Positions 10,684 to 23,040 of a DNA stretch of 64,000 nt are shown piece by piece. Below the pieces are notes generated by a model that searched no databases, had not been told where the DNA came from, and worked only from the letters and a program-made list of their open reading frames with translations. The stretch is from contig NC_092345.1 of the NCBI RefSeq assembly GCF_963676685.1, forward strand, positions 52,514,001-52,578,000, in the 5' to 3' direction. Position numbers and translations under genes: made by a program. The first letter of the stretch is position 1. Each line of letters starts with the position of its first letter. This stretch comes from Mytilus edulis (Eukaryota).

Positions 10684-13600
10684 TTAATTAAACATTGATT
10701 TGGAGTATAGCATATTTCCAAGTGAATTATAGTACGGGTCATTTCCAAGTGAATTATAGAACTGAGTATTTCCAAAGGAATTATAGTAAGGGTCATAAGC
10801 GTCAGGATGGACAACATTTCTATCAAAATAATGCTTGATGACAGGCGACTTTTGTGGTGCTATTCCAGCTGTCATTTGTGGTGCTATACCAGCGGCCATT
10901 TGTCGTGCTATACCAGCTGCCATTTGTTGTGCTTCACTAGCTGTCATTTGTGGTGCTATTCCAGCTGTCATTTGGGGTGATATTCCAGCTGTCATTTGTG
11001 GTGCTATACCAACTCCCATTTGTGGTGCTATACCAACTCCCATTTGTGGTGCTATTCCAGCTGTCATTTGTGGTGCTATACCAACTCCCATTTGTGGTGC
11101 TATACCAACTCCCATTTGTGGTGCTATTCCAGCTGTCATGTGTGGTGCTATTCCAGCTGTCATTTGTCGTGCTATTCCAGCTGTCATTTGGGGTGCTATA
11201 CGAGCGTCCACTTTGGAGTTATTAGCCCGGATCATGTTTCCTGCGATCATGTGTCCTGTGCCTGCATTGCTCCCGCTGAATTGTTGCGGTGCAATATTTG
11301 CCATTTGTGTTCCTTGATTCATATTATTTGTTGCCATATACTGTTGTGCCATATCATACATGTTTTGTAAACTATACAGTGGATGACTGGGAAGAAGAAT
11401 ACTTTTCCCCGTGAAACAATCCCGCGTTTCATCGGCTTTTAAAACCATGATGTCTTCGCAGCCATCACGGATAGTTTTGCAATGCTTTGGTGGTGTCGGA
11501 CCTACACCTGCTAACGCACCAACTCTGAAAGAAATTACAGCATAACTTTCTTTATGTTAAAAATAAAAATAAAAAATAACTGTTACATTTTATCCCAAAA
11601 CAAAAAAAAAAACACTCATGATATTTAAGAACAGTAAATCAGATTTATTCCCTATAGATTCTTACAAGTTATAACATAAACGGTACCAATTTTTCTGCAC
11701 CAGATATCGTTTCGATAAACAATGTCTTTTCGGTGGTGCTCAAGGCCAAAATATTTAAAAATCCAAAGCTTAGTAAAAAGATGAAGAGCTATAAATGAAT
11801 ACGTAAACTTGTCGCTCCTTTAAAAAACTTATTCTAAAAGGTTACCTATTCAACACCGTAATAAGATCATTGAATATTGTTTTTATTGGAATAAATATTG
11901 ATTTTGTTATCAGTAGATTAAAAGCTAACTAAATTTTACTAGTATATTATATATATAGATATTCATGGATCTACAATCTGTCGATACCTGTAATTTGGCA
12001 TTGCACAAGGTCATGTTTTTCTATGGCTGTTTATGATGTCTTTACACTAAATCCATTGGATGTTGGATGTGTACGGATTGATAGTTTAGTCTTAGATGCA
12101 TGATTTTTTTATTAGTTGTTAGTGGCTTTGAACTAGCTGTCAGATAACTGCGAGTACTCTCAGATCTGTTCATTGTGTCTTTTTGTGTCGGGATGTATAA
12201 GTACCCGGCCACGTCCACTTATATTTTTGTCCATCTGATGAGTTAAGCCTTTTTTCAACTGATTTTTATAGTTCGTTCTTATGTTGTACTGTCCCAGGTT
12301 AGGGGGAGGGTTGGGATCCCGCTAACATGTCTAACCCCGCCACATTATTTATGTATGTGCCTGTACCAAGTCAGGAGCCTGTATATTCAGTGGTTGTCGT
12401 TTGTTTATGTGTTACATATTTGTTTTTCGTTCATTTTTTTTTTACATAAATAAGGCCGTTAGTTTTCTCGTTTGAATTGTTTTACATTGTCTTATCGGGG
12501 TCTTTTATAGCTGACTATGCGGTATGGGCTTTGCTCATTGTTGAAGGCCGTACGGTGAACTATAGTTGTTAATGTCTGTGTCATTTTAGTCTTTTGTGGA
12601 TAGTTGTCTCATTGGCAATCATACCACATCTTCTTTTTTATATAAGGACTAAAATATAGCAGAAGCCGTGCAAGGAATCAGAGCTTTGCATGTTAGAAGA
12701 TTCCATGGCCGGATAATGATCTTTAAACACTGCGCAAAAATCGGACTGCAACCGTTTATAAAGTTTAAATGAAAAAAAGCATGAGGATGTTGTAAAGAAA
12801 AAAAATAATCACGTTAACAATTTTTTATATATTGTCATGATGTACTTTCTTAGAAATAATGGTAACAAAGGTGTCAGTATATGTACATGTAAAAAAACTT
12901 CTAATGACAAAGAATAACTACCCGCAACATGAAAGTTCCTTCTCTCCGCATGAACATGTTTCACAACTGGCTAGATTAACAGTAGACCCGTTTAAGATTT
13001 CCAGTCCATTTGAAAGCGTACAAACAGTAATATTACGTCCAGATGCTGAAAACATACAAGTAACATGTACTGAATTTTAGGATATTTTCTAAAAATAAAA
13101 AAAAAAACATATTTATGTATTAGGTTGTTTTTAGAAAGAAGAGGTAGTGTCTTCAAATGATCTACATGTAAACTCTTTGTTGATTTTTGGGTGTAAAGGT
13201 TCCTGGAAGAAGAAAAAATCAAGAAAAGTGCTACTAGTAAAAGGACTTTCTAGCATTTGAGCGATACAGCTGTTGAGTGCCTGTTCAGCCCAGTCAGTAG
13301 TCGGTTCCTCTGTCCTGACAGGGTTTGTTTCTGACATTCATTTGAAAGTTTATAAACTATAATGAATAAAAGGTTCCAACTGCCTCAGTCAAATTTGGCT
13401 GTAGACGCGGACTTTGTTATAAAAATCCCTTTCGATCATATAGCTTCTTATATCTTCAAGTATTTGTCCTTCCCGTGTTTAAGCATTCCTGAGGAAGGTG
13501 AATGCAGAGAAGTACGACGAACGCACCAAACTTAAAAGTGTCTTACTTATTTGATTTCATTAGGCCTACACCATATACATTTGTATTTCATATCTATTAA

Positions 13601-16600
13601 ACGGAAATCCTCATGGTGCTCTATTATTGTGTACTGAAAACATATTTGATAGAATGTTTTTCAACAGAGCGTCCATGCTTTCGTGAAACGAACACATTCT
13701 GTTCTTGCTTTGTTCCATTTCACCACTGACGCAGGTTGTAAGGGATGGTTAGCGCCTCCAAACTAGCATATTAAACTCGCCAGATTATGTATGTGGATTT
13801 CCTAAGTCAGGAACTTGTTATTCAGTGGTGTCGTTCGTTGCTATATATCATATTTGTTTTTCGTTCATTGTTTTGTACATAACTCATGACGGGGATAATC
13901 TTATTTGAATTGTTATAATAACTGACTATGAGATATGGGTTTTGTTCATTGTTGAAGGTTATACGGTGACCAATAGTAGTTAACAACTATGCCATCAGGC
14001 CTTGAAGACATAAAACTTTGCTCAGTTCTCGGAGCACGAAATCATGCTCGAAACATGAAATCCAGCAATTTGATTGGTTGATTTTCGAGTCTGAGTACAA
14101 AAATCATGCTCGAAAGTTTTATGACCGTGAGGCCTGGTGTCTTTGGGAGAGTAGTCCCATTGACAGTCATTCCACATCTTAATACTTGTATATCATGTGT
14201 ACGCAAATGGTCACAATATTATCAGAAAACTGTTAATGTCGACTAGACCATCTGCAGAGTATTATAGGGTTATTGCATGAATATTGGGGAATATTGTCCC
14301 GAGTAGAATTTTATATTGCACGAGCTTGCGAGTGCAATATATGTTCTACGAGGGACAATATTCCCCAATATTCATGCAATAACCCTTTTATTGTATAGCA
14401 ATATAATATTTAAAAGTAAAAATTGGTTTAAACTAAGATTTTGTCGTTGATGACGTCATGAATTTTGAAGATTTATTGCACTAGTGCAATATTAGAATTT
14501 ATTGCACGCTAACTTTTGGTTACGTTCTGTGGGAAATATTATATTGCTATACAATAATATAAGATTACTGCATAAGAAGAGTAAATTTGTAACATAATTA
14601 TGTATAATACATTTATTATATTGATATTGTAAAAAAGAGAGATAATTATCCACGAATTTTGTTTTGCCGCAAAATTTTAAAGGTTTAACAAGGATTTGCT
14701 TTCATCGTATGATACCAGCCCATCCATATCAAAATCAAAAACATTGTTCATCGACACAGAGAAGTTATATTTGTATTCACTAGATTTAAATTTAGTTTTT
14801 GATGAATCCCCGTTAGTTACAACAACGTACAGCTAAATGAACATTTGGAAAAGTTGATACAAAAATTAACAATTATTATAAACATTTTTTTTTTTAAATA
14901 TTACTTTTACATATTCCATTAAAAATAATCCGTCCATTAGATATAAGGAGATGTGGCATTAGTGCCAATGAGACAATTATTCTCCATCCAAGTCACAACT
15001 TGTAAAAGTAAAACATTATAGGTCAAGGTATGGTCTTCAACACGGAACCTTAGCTCACAACGAATAGCATGTTATAAAAGACTTAATGCCAATTTCATCA
15101 GATTTTTTTTCCCAAAAATGCATTTATATATCTCAACTTGTACGATTCGCTCGTGTATGTAACAATATTTTAGATTTTAACGATTGAAATTTATGTATTA
15201 TTTAGTGAAAAATTATTACACCAGGGTTTTCGATATCATAAGCTAGTCAAAACATTTACTAAATTTTATCATCGGTATAAGGACATTATTCGTAAATATA
15301 GCTCAACATGCAGACTTCTTATACGTTCAGTTATTTCACATCCTATATTTTATGGAAATATTTTTTTAAAAGCACAAAAATGGCAGTTTTCGACTCAGAA
15401 GCTAACACAACCTTGAAACTCCTACGTCGTTCGGGTTATTGGGTCATCTCGTGTTGTGCAGATTAAATGGCATATACCGACTTGTTTGGTCAATAACTAT
15501 AACTTATTAAGAAGGGATATAGTTACGATACTGTTGTCAGGTCATTAAAGATTGCATATTTTGGCGTTAATATTGAATCACTTATAGGGTCTTTGCATCG
15601 GAACTAATTCATTTCAAAACCAGTTGTTGGCATGACACGGGTTATGTTCTTCTCATACATGTTATGATGGTATGATACTAAACCCCTAACGGGAAGGATT
15701 GTGCCTGATATTCATATGATGAAGACATAATCTTTCAATTAGTTTAATTGAAGTCTGGAGCTGGCATGTCAGTTAACTGCTAGTAGTCTGTTGTTATTTA
15801 TGTATTATTGTCATTTTGTTATTTTCTTTAGTTACATCTTCTGACATATTTAGACTCGGACTTCTCTTGAACTGAATTTTTATGTGCGTATTGTTATGCG
15901 TTTACTTTTCCACATTGGCTAGAGGTTTAGGGGGAGAGTTGAGATCTCATAAACATGTTTAATCCCGCCGCATTTTTGCGCCTGTCCCAAGTCAGGAGCC
16001 TTTGGCCTTTGTTAGTCTTGTATTATTTTTAATTTTAGTTTCTTGTGTACAATTTGTAGTTTAGTATGGCGTTCATTATCACTGAACTAGTATATATATT
16101 TGTTTAGGGGCCAGCTGAAGGACGCCTCCGGGTGCGGGAATTTCTCTCTGCATTGAAGACCTGTTGGTGACCCTCTTAATCTGCTGTTGTCTATTCTATG
16201 GTCGGGTTGCTGTCTCTTTGACACATTCCTTATTTTAATTCTCAATTTTACATTCAGTTTATCAGACTTAGGACGGTTTTATGAATAATACTAAACTAAT
16301 GATAAGAAGGGCAGAAAAAAATGATCAAATTCAACAAAATGAGTTTAAGGTAAACCGAGCAGGCGTTTTTTTTTTTTTACATTTTTAAGTTCTTGTTATA
16401 GAAAAATAAAATTTGTTATAAAACGTGATCCTTCATTATATTGACTGGTATTGAACAAATCCAAACAATTATATGCCCATAAAATACAATGTAAAATTAA
16501 AACGTTAACATAAGCTATTAGTCATTATATACCAGTATATTGTTTTATTTTGTACAATTTCAATGTTGAGTCCAAATTTCGTCAATTAAAAAAAAACTAA

Positions 16601-16718
16601 TATCGTGAATACTGAAATATTAATATACTTTACCTAATTGTCGAGTTTTCACTTTAGCTGAGTGGCAAGATCCTTCAACAAGAGGAAGAAAAACAACCAA
16701 ACAGAATATCAGTAACAT
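10684..16718 (-). CDS. Secreted beta-microseminoprotein (PSP94)-like protein with a long Met/Gln/Ala/Gly repeat tail (3 exons, about 349 aa)
   Basis: Exons are 16718..16634 (signal peptide MLLIFCLVVFLPLVEG-SCH...), 13045..12922 and 11524..10684, all GT-AG, with phases 1 and 2 joining in frame. The mature domain SCHSAKVKTRQLASGRNITVCTLSNGLEILNGSTVNLASCETCSCGEKELSCCGVGALAGVGPTPPKHCKTIRDGCEDIMVLKADETRDC has the 10-Cys pattern C..C..CxxCxC..CC..C..C..C of beta-microseminoprotein. Confidence 0.85.
10850..11200 (-). repeat. Coding 24-bp minisatellite encoding (AGIAPQMT / VGIAPQMG)n
   Basis: About 14 tandem units of TGTGGTGCTATTCCAGCTGTCATT and the variant TGTGGTGCTATACCAACTCCCATT (+ strand reading) inside exon 3. 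Confidence 0.95.
11990..12645 (-). repeat. Interspersed repeat family (begins AAGAAGATGTGGTATGATTGCCAATGAGACAAC); near-identical inverted copy at 25868..26445
   Basis: Direct comparison with 25868-26445 shows long exact runs, for example GGGATCCC(G/A)...CCTGGGACAGTACAACATAAGAACGAACTATAAAAATCAGTTG. Diverged partial copies lie at about 13740-14190, 14945-15075, 27985-28555, 33595-33685 and 34510-34600. Confidence 0.85.
13996..14136. mobile_element. Small MITE with CAGGCCT...AGGCCTG termini
   Basis: Terminal inverted repeats CAGGCCT..A.GACATAAAACTTT / AAAGTTTTATGACCGTGAGGCCTG, inserted into a diverged copy of the interspersed repeat family. Confidence 0.6.
14262..14556. mobile_element. Long-hairpin element, possibly Crypton-derived
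   Basis: Near-perfect palindrome AGGGTTATTGCATGAATATTGGGGAATATTGTCCC...GGGACAATATTCCCCAATATTCATGCAATAACCCT at 14266-14386. It is followed by a tail bracketed by TTATTGTATAGCAATATAATATTT and its inverse. Confidence 0.65.
15120..16250 (+). mobile_element. Penelope-like retroelement 3' fragment (degenerate copy of 26785..27875)
   Basis: Same YISQLVRFARVCNN...KLLHQGFRYHKLVKTF coding remnant, with stops and frameshifts, and the same ~600-nt downstream region. Interrupted at about 15416-15501 by half of the hairpin element seen intact at 37650-37802. Confidence 0.75.
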
Positions 16719-18119
16719 TTTCGAAGAACTGTATAAAACGTTACAACCGTCGAAATGTCAAGGAAAGTCCACAATCGTTAATTTAAGCATGTCTAATTAA
16801 TTGATAAAAATTTAGTTAAACTGTAGAAAACCCTCATAGCAGTTTATGTGGTAATTTATCTTTTATCTTTTATGTGGACTCATTTGATTTATTTGAAGTA
16901 TTACAGTACAAGCCTACTAGTTGTTGATAATCATTCTTTTTCTATATGACCATAGCTCACGTTATTAGCTGTAAGCATGATTGTGTTTATTTAATGCGTA
17001 TTTTTTCTGTGTAGATGTAAAATAAAAGGGGGAGTTATGTAAGGTACTTTAAGTAAGAAGTTTTATGAATGTACAAAGGCTTGGATCTTAACTAGAGGCA
17101 CAGCGAACAAAGCTAAATAAAATGATACCACCGACTTGCAAAGTTCAAAAGTTCACGACATAATATTTAGGACCAAAAACAAAATAGGAAGCGCACAATT
17201 GCATTATATGGCCAAGATTCTAAAAAGGTCACATCATACGAGTAAAAAAAGGTGGTTTGAAGTATTCGAAAACTTAGGAATTTCTACCCCATGTATCGAT
17301 TACCTCATGGATTTGGCAAAACATTAATAAAGAATTTGAGTTATCGATGCTCTTTAGTTTTGTATTTCCCACCAAATGTGTTTCAGTTCGAGGACATATA
17401 ATTTATTTGTTTTCACAAGACGAACTTGTTTTTTTTTTTCTAAATAATTCTTTCGGTCATCAAAAAGCTATGTCGTCCAAGATAAAGCATTTCTTTGTAT
17501 CAAAAAAGTTTTTGGAATTAAAAGACTATTTCGCTTCTTCGAAATATTTTCAGTTATTGCCTTTTCAGTCTATAGTTTGTAATCTGTTGTTCAAAGTAAG
17601 GAACGTCGTCATTGCTGTCTTGTCATATCTTAATATAAGAATAAGAATAAGAATAAGAATACTTTATTAATCCAATTATGGACCCTTGCGGGTTTTAAAT
17701 TTCATACAATGATTACAATGATTTGTTATAACAATGAAATAATAAAATGAAATACATGACAATAGAACTCTGAACAGTTATTGCATGCACATGGAATAGA
17801 AAGTAATATGGGAGACAATCAATCAATTTCTGTAAGGATTATTCCCCTTTAAACAGATATGGTGTTTTGAGTTGCATACAAATGATATGCAGCCTCAACT
17901 GATTAGATATAAGGGTATTTTTCTCCCATGTACACACAGCAACCAATTACTAGATATTTATGTATATAATTATATTTTTTGACAATTGCAGGAATATGAT
18001 AAGCACCTTAGAGTTTTACTGCAGTTTGTTTATAAGCATTTACATAATAATAGAAGAAATATGCATACACATAGAGAAATGTGCACTTAAATTAAATTTT
18101 TGAATTTAAAATATATATA

Positions 18120-19268
18120 CAGTGAAACCTGTCCAAACCGAACACCCACGGGACTTTGCGTTTTGTTCGGTTTTCACAGGTGTTCGGATTGTAGAGGTAA
18201 ACGGAAGTTGACACCAAATAATTTTGGCATATACTGACAAGGGATAATAGGTGAAACAACAGACGACAGTTTATTTTTGTGTTGATTTAGATGTAAATGT
18301 AAAAATAAAAGAAGATGAAGATAGACGTTTTGCTACATTTTTGTTTATAAATCAAACGCCTCTCCGTCAATCACGCTCGTCGTTGGGAGATGTCCGACGT
18401 GGAGCGATTTAGCTTTTTATAATTATTTTCTCATCCGTTAATTCACTGACCAATTCAGATTCACAGTCAATGTCAAATGACGTTTCCGTAGTTGAATCGG
18501 GAACATCATTGTACACACGAGTTCTCGAACTTAACTGGTCACCCGCTGATTGATACCTCGGTACACGATAACAGTGAAACAACAGCAGGGGTCCAGTTTA
18601 TTCTCGGACTTTATCGTTGCCAAATAGCTTACGGAAGTCTTCGGGGGCATTCGAATCAAATATATAGGGCCTATAAAGGGAATCCAGCAATCGAAATCCA
18701 TTGACCTTGTTGTGTTGCACGACTTCTTAATCCGGTGAAAGGCTTTAAAACTATTATTTAATTAAACAGTTTAGCTACAGAATGGTAGTTTCGATTTTGT
18801 GGCCGTAATTATTTGAGTAAGGTGCATTTAATTGATCTGAGGGAAAGTTCTTTTCTCGTCATTATCGGCGATGGGGGTAGCTGACCAGTTTAACGTTTCT
18901 GTACAAAAAATCACTTTATACATGGACACAGACATGCTAATTAGTTTGTAATAACAACTCACAAGTTCATTTAACCTCAAATACCTTCGGGGATATTCTG
19001 CCGTCCCGTGTTTGTTTAATTAAATCATGCAAATAATTAATAATATTTTATTGTTTTGATTGGTATTGATCGATTTTGACAGGTAATTTTTAGATAATAA
19101 TTTACTAACGAGCCTTCAAAAAGCGTTCGGAATTCGGTGTCGACAGGGTTCTGATTTTTCAGGTTAGATTAACGTTAATTGATAGGGAAATTTTGTGGGA
19201 CTTTGAAAATTGTTCGGTTTAAACTGAAATTCGGTTTTATCAGGGTTCGGTTTACCCAGGTTTCACTG
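18120..19268. mobile_element. Tc1/mariner-pogo-type MITE inserted in the LINE 3' UTR
   Basis: TIRs CAGTGAAACCTGTCCAAACCGAAC and CAGTGAAACCTGGGTAAACCGAAC (reverse complement), flanked by TA on both sides (18118-18119 and 19269-19270). No transposase ORF. Confidence 0.85.
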
Positions 19269-19291
19269 TATATAGATAAACTAAAAGAGAT

Positions 19292-22200
19292 TTAGCCATT
19301 AACAGAATTTGTGGATCTCAATTGAAAACTCTGGATAAGAAAAATGCATAACTTTTTCAGTATATGTTGATCTTCAGTGGTCATTAACCATAAAAATTTT
19401 GATTTGCAGTCCAAGTTATTGAAATTTTGACAGTGTTCATGAGCTTGTGCAAACAGTGATTCTCTACATTGATTATACAATGGACAGTTAATTAAAAAAT
19501 GAAACTCATCTTCAATATCATTATGAGAACAAAAATTACAAGTCCTCTGTGACCTTTCTATAGGTTTGTTCTTATGTCGCTCTTTTTCTACTCTTAATTG
19601 GTGAGCACTTATGCGAAATTTACATAAAATTTGTCTTGATTGAAAACTTTGAATATCAAGATATTTTTCCATTTGGAAATTACTTTTATGAGAAAAATAT
19701 GTATCTAGCTTTCCATTAACATTATCTTTATCATTGAACCATGCTTTTAAAAATAATGTCTTTAACTTTTTCATAATAAGTTGTTTTAATCTATTAATTG
19801 AAAAATCAATACAATATGTTTCTTTCAATTCAAGCTTTTGTAAAATAAATTTAACAGAGGAATACCATGTTATAGTGTTATTTTCATGCATATCTTTGTT
19901 ACATAAAAACGCTTCTTTCAATAAATTTGAGTTACAATGATGTAATCTATGCAGATAGCTTATCATAGATATAACAATATTAAAATATATAGGAAATCTA
20001 CCTAATTCTGATTGTACAGCAACATTTGTACTTTTATTATTTAAGCCTAGAATATGCTTACAGAACTTTAAGTTCATTTTATCAGCAACATTATTCTGGT
20101 ATATTTTTTCAAGCACATTTGTAGCATCTTTTTTACAGGAAGCAGAGTTGGTTTTAAACATTCCCCATATCTCTGAGCCATACAAAATAATAGGTTTAAT
20201 GGTATGGTCAAACAGATGTAAATTTGTTTTAATACTAGCATCTGAGCCAGATAAACATCTATTAAGTTTATATGAAGCTTTTAAAGATTTATTAAATAAG
20301 TCTTCTTTTGCATAATTAAATAGGCCACTTGACTGGAATATAACTCCAAGGTATTTATATTTGAAAACAGTTTCAATTAATTCACTTTTAAAATAAAATG
20401 GTTCTTTTATGTGGCGTCCACTTTTATTAAAGATTAATACTTTAGTTTTTTTTAAGTTTACATTAAGGCACCAGGTATCACAGTATGATTCCAATGCCTT
20501 CAAGCGCTTTTGAAGTCCATCTGCAGAATCAGAAAATACAATGACATCATCTGCATACATAAGACAGTCTATGCGACTAGTGCTGAGTTTTACACTATCA
20601 GGACAATTTAGTAAACAGTTAGGTAGATCATTTATGAATAGATTAAAAAGGGCAGGGCTTAAAACATCCCCTTGTCTAACCCCAATATAAGAGTTAAAAC
20701 ATGGACCTAGTTTGTTATCAACTTTTACTCTTAAATTATTAAGTGTATACATGTGTTTAATTAACTGGTAAAATTTTCCCCCAATGTCTGACTTGAGCAT
20801 TTTGATAAGAATACCTGGGTGTATCACAGTATCAAAAGCTCTTTTAAAGTCAATAAAACAAGCATAAAATTTACTTCCCTTACAGTTAGTATATTTATCA
20901 ATTAAGCATTTGAGGATAAACATGTGATCTGTTGTCCTTGATTTATTTCTGAAGCCAGCTTGGCAATCAGTCAAAATATTTCTCTCATCTAAATGTTTAG
21001 AAAGTCTTGTATTTAACACAACATTAAATAACTTTCCAATACAAGAATTTATAGCTATACCTCTGTAATTTTCAGGGTTATTTATATCTCCTGATTTATG
21101 TATAGGTATACAGTATCCTTCACACCATAGCTTTGGATATGTACTATGAGCAAATATTAAATTAAAAAGTTTATTAATGCAGCCTATAAGGGCTGTTTGT
21201 CCAGCTTTAAGCATGTCGTTTAGTATCAGGTCCAGACCACATGCCTTTCCAGGTTTTAAGTTGGTAATTGCTTTAAATATTTCTTGATTAGTCACTTTAT
21301 AGTCTAATACATTTGACATGTTCTCTTTTTCTAAATCAACAAGCATGTTATTTAATAGGTTTATTTTTGATTTATTGGTATCAGATAGAGAATTTAAATC
21401 TTGGAAGTATTTTGTCCATGTGGAGTTATTTATAGAAGTTTCTGGGGTGTCCCTAGTTTCTTCTGTTTCCCCCTTTAGTTTATTTACAAGGTTCCAGTAT
21501 TCCTTTGGATTCTTAGTTAGTAGATTATCAAGCTGTTTAACAATTTTTGATTTAAACTCCTTTCTTTTATATTTTTTTAACTTTTTGAATTCTCTATAAT
21601 GTTTAAAATAGTTATTTCTAATATTAATATTATATGGATTTTCAGACATATGCTTAGCCTTAATGTTTAATTCTCTCCTTTTATTGTAAAGATCTTGATC
21701 ATACCATTTTTTCTTATTAATAGTTTTCTTTTTATATTTATTAGATTTGAATTTGAGTGACATTTTTGCTGCTTTAATAATAATATTCTGCAGGTCAGTA
21801 GCAGCAGAGTTTATGTTTGATTTATCTTGATAATTGTTAGTTAGAAAAGCATTAATATCAAGTTTACAAGATGGGTGACATAGAGCATCCTGAAATTTTT
21901 CCTTTGAGCAGTCGGTCCATTTAAATTTACCTGGAAAATTTTGAGTACTTTCATTCTTATTTATAAAAACAGGACAATATGAGGCAAGCAGCATACATGA
22001 TACCTTACAATGGCAATCTGAAAAACAGGGCATAAAATTTGATACTTTACAATTCAAAGTATGTTGAATCAAATCTTCCGACATAATAATATAATCTACC
22101 ACACTTGTGCCATTAGGTTTAAAACAAGTAAAATTACCATTTGAATCACCCAACATACGGCCATTCAGTATTCTGAGTTTTAAAGTAATACATAGTTGAA

Positions 22201-22882
22201 GTAATTGCTTGCCTCTAGCATCAACTTTATTATCACAACTATTCCTTTTCTGTAACCCAATATCATATTCATATTCTTCATCGTCCATTGCAAATGGATC
22301 ATATGTATCATTTTCTATAAAATCTAATTCTGACCCAGTCCTTGCATTTAAGTCTCCACATAGAACTATGTGACCCCTCTCAGCATAATAATTTGTTATA
22401 TCTTTTTCTATAGTTTCTAATGGGTCATCATCTGACTGAAATATATAACTAGATGATGCTGGGATAATGTATGCCAAACACAAGAAAATATTTTTGGCGA
22501 AATTAAAGAATTTTTTATCCAATTTGACCCATTGATAGTCTAAGCTTGTATTTTTCAATATCTCAACACCAGGTAAAATGGTATTTTTAACAAAAATGCC
22601 AAGACCACCAAAAAATCTATTGTTTGCTGATTTTGGTCTGCAAACAGGAAAATACTTATATCCTGGAAGGACTATATTTACACCTTTGCCAATATGTGTC
22701 TCAGTTAACAGTACTATATCATAAGCTGTTATATCATTTAAGAAATTAGAATCTGTTAATTTATTCAGATTTGCTGAGATGAGGCCACCGATATTCCATG
22801 TACAAAATGTTATGTTAGATATAAATGTTCTATTTGTAATACCTTTAATAAGGTTAGTACTTTTATTCTGTACTTTAGTCAT
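19292..22882 (-). CDS. LINE ORF2: apurinic-type endonuclease + reverse transcriptase + C-terminal Cys/His knuckle (1196 aa)
   Basis: Endonuclease motifs TWNIGGL, LTETH, GDLNAR, SVVDY and SDCH. RT motifs NYRGIAI, QAGFR, FIDFKRAFDTV, GVRQGDVLSPALFNLFINDL, LMYADD and YKYLG. C-terminal RTCNFC...EDEFHFLINCPLY. The reading frame is uninterrupted. Confidence 0.95.
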   Translation of the reverse strand: MTKVQNKSTNLIKGITNRTFISNITFCTWNIGGLISANLNKLTDSNFLNDITAYDIVLLTETHIGKGVNIVLPGYKYFPVCRPKSANNRFFGGLGIFVKNTILPGVEILKNTSLDYQWVKLDKKFFNFAKNIFLCLAYIIPASSSYIFQSDDDPLETIEKDITNYYAERGHIVLCGDLNARTGSELDFIENDTYDPFAMDDEEYEYDIGLQKRNSCDNKVDARGKQLLQLCITLKLRILNGRMLGDSNGNFTCFKPNGTSVVDYIIMSEDLIQHTLNCKVSNFMPCFSDCHCKVSCMLLASYCPVFINKNESTQNFPGKFKWTDCSKEKFQDALCHPSCKLDINAFLTNNYQDKSNINSAATDLQNIIIKAAKMSLKFKSNKYKKKTINKKKWYDQDLYNKRRELNIKAKHMSENPYNINIRNNYFKHYREFKKLKKYKRKEFKSKIVKQLDNLLTKNPKEYWNLVNKLKGETEETRDTPETSINNSTWTKYFQDLNSLSDTNKSKINLLNNMLVDLEKENMSNVLDYKVTNQEIFKAITNLKPGKACGLDLILNDMLKAGQTALIGCINKLFNLIFAHSTYPKLWCEGYCIPIHKSGDINNPENYRGIAINSCIGKLFNVVLNTRLSKHLDERNILTDCQAGFRNKSRTTDHMFILKCLIDKYTNCKGSKFYACFIDFKRAFDTVIHPGILIKMLKSDIGGKFYQLIKHMYTLNNLRVKVDNKLGPCFNSYIGVRQGDVLSPALFNLFINDLPNCLLNCPDSVKLSTSRIDCLMYADDVIVFSDSADGLQKRLKALESYCDTWCLNVNLKKTKVLIFNKSGRHIKEPFYFKSELIETVFKYKYLGVIFQSSGLFNYAKEDLFNKSLKASYKLNRCLSGSDASIKTNLHLFDHTIKPIILYGSEIWGMFKTNSASCKKDATNVLEKIYQNNVADKMNLKFCKHILGLNNKSTNVAVQSELGRFPIYFNIVISMISYLHRLHHCNSNLLKEAFLCNKDMHENNTITWYSSVKFILQKLELKETYCIDFSINRLKQLIMKKLKTLFLKAWFNDKDNVNGKLDTYFSHKSNFQMEKYLDIQSFQSRQILCKFRISAHQLRVEKERHKNKPIERSQRTCNFCSHNDIEDEFHFLINCPLYNQCRESLFAQAHEHCQNFNNLDCKSKFLWLMTTEDQHILKKLCIFLIQSFQLRSTNSVNG

Positions 22883-23040
22883 TGGAACATATAGAAATGT
22901 TACTATTATTTTTTTATTCTAATATTTAAATGGAAAAAAAAAAAAAAAATAATAAACTAGCAAACAAATACAGTCAAGTGGATAACTACAAGAATTTACA
23001 AAATAACAATATGTCAATAAATGTTATTCAGTAAATATGT

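Noticed and set aside
10835-11370. Three plus-strand repetitive ORFs, including a Cys/His/Trp-rich one resembling a metal-binding protein
   Set aside because: They are antisense shadows of the 24-bp coding repeat, which lacks stops in several frames. Only the minus frame links to spliced exons and a signal peptide.
12232-12270. CTGATGAG in the interspersed repeat as a hammerhead core
   Set aside because: There is no stem II closing onto GAAA downstream.
13131-13337. 68-aa ORF in intron 1 of the first beta-MSP-like gene as an extra exon or gene
   Set aside because: It has no recognisable motif, and exon 1 joins exon 2 in frame without it, matching the paralogue's structure.
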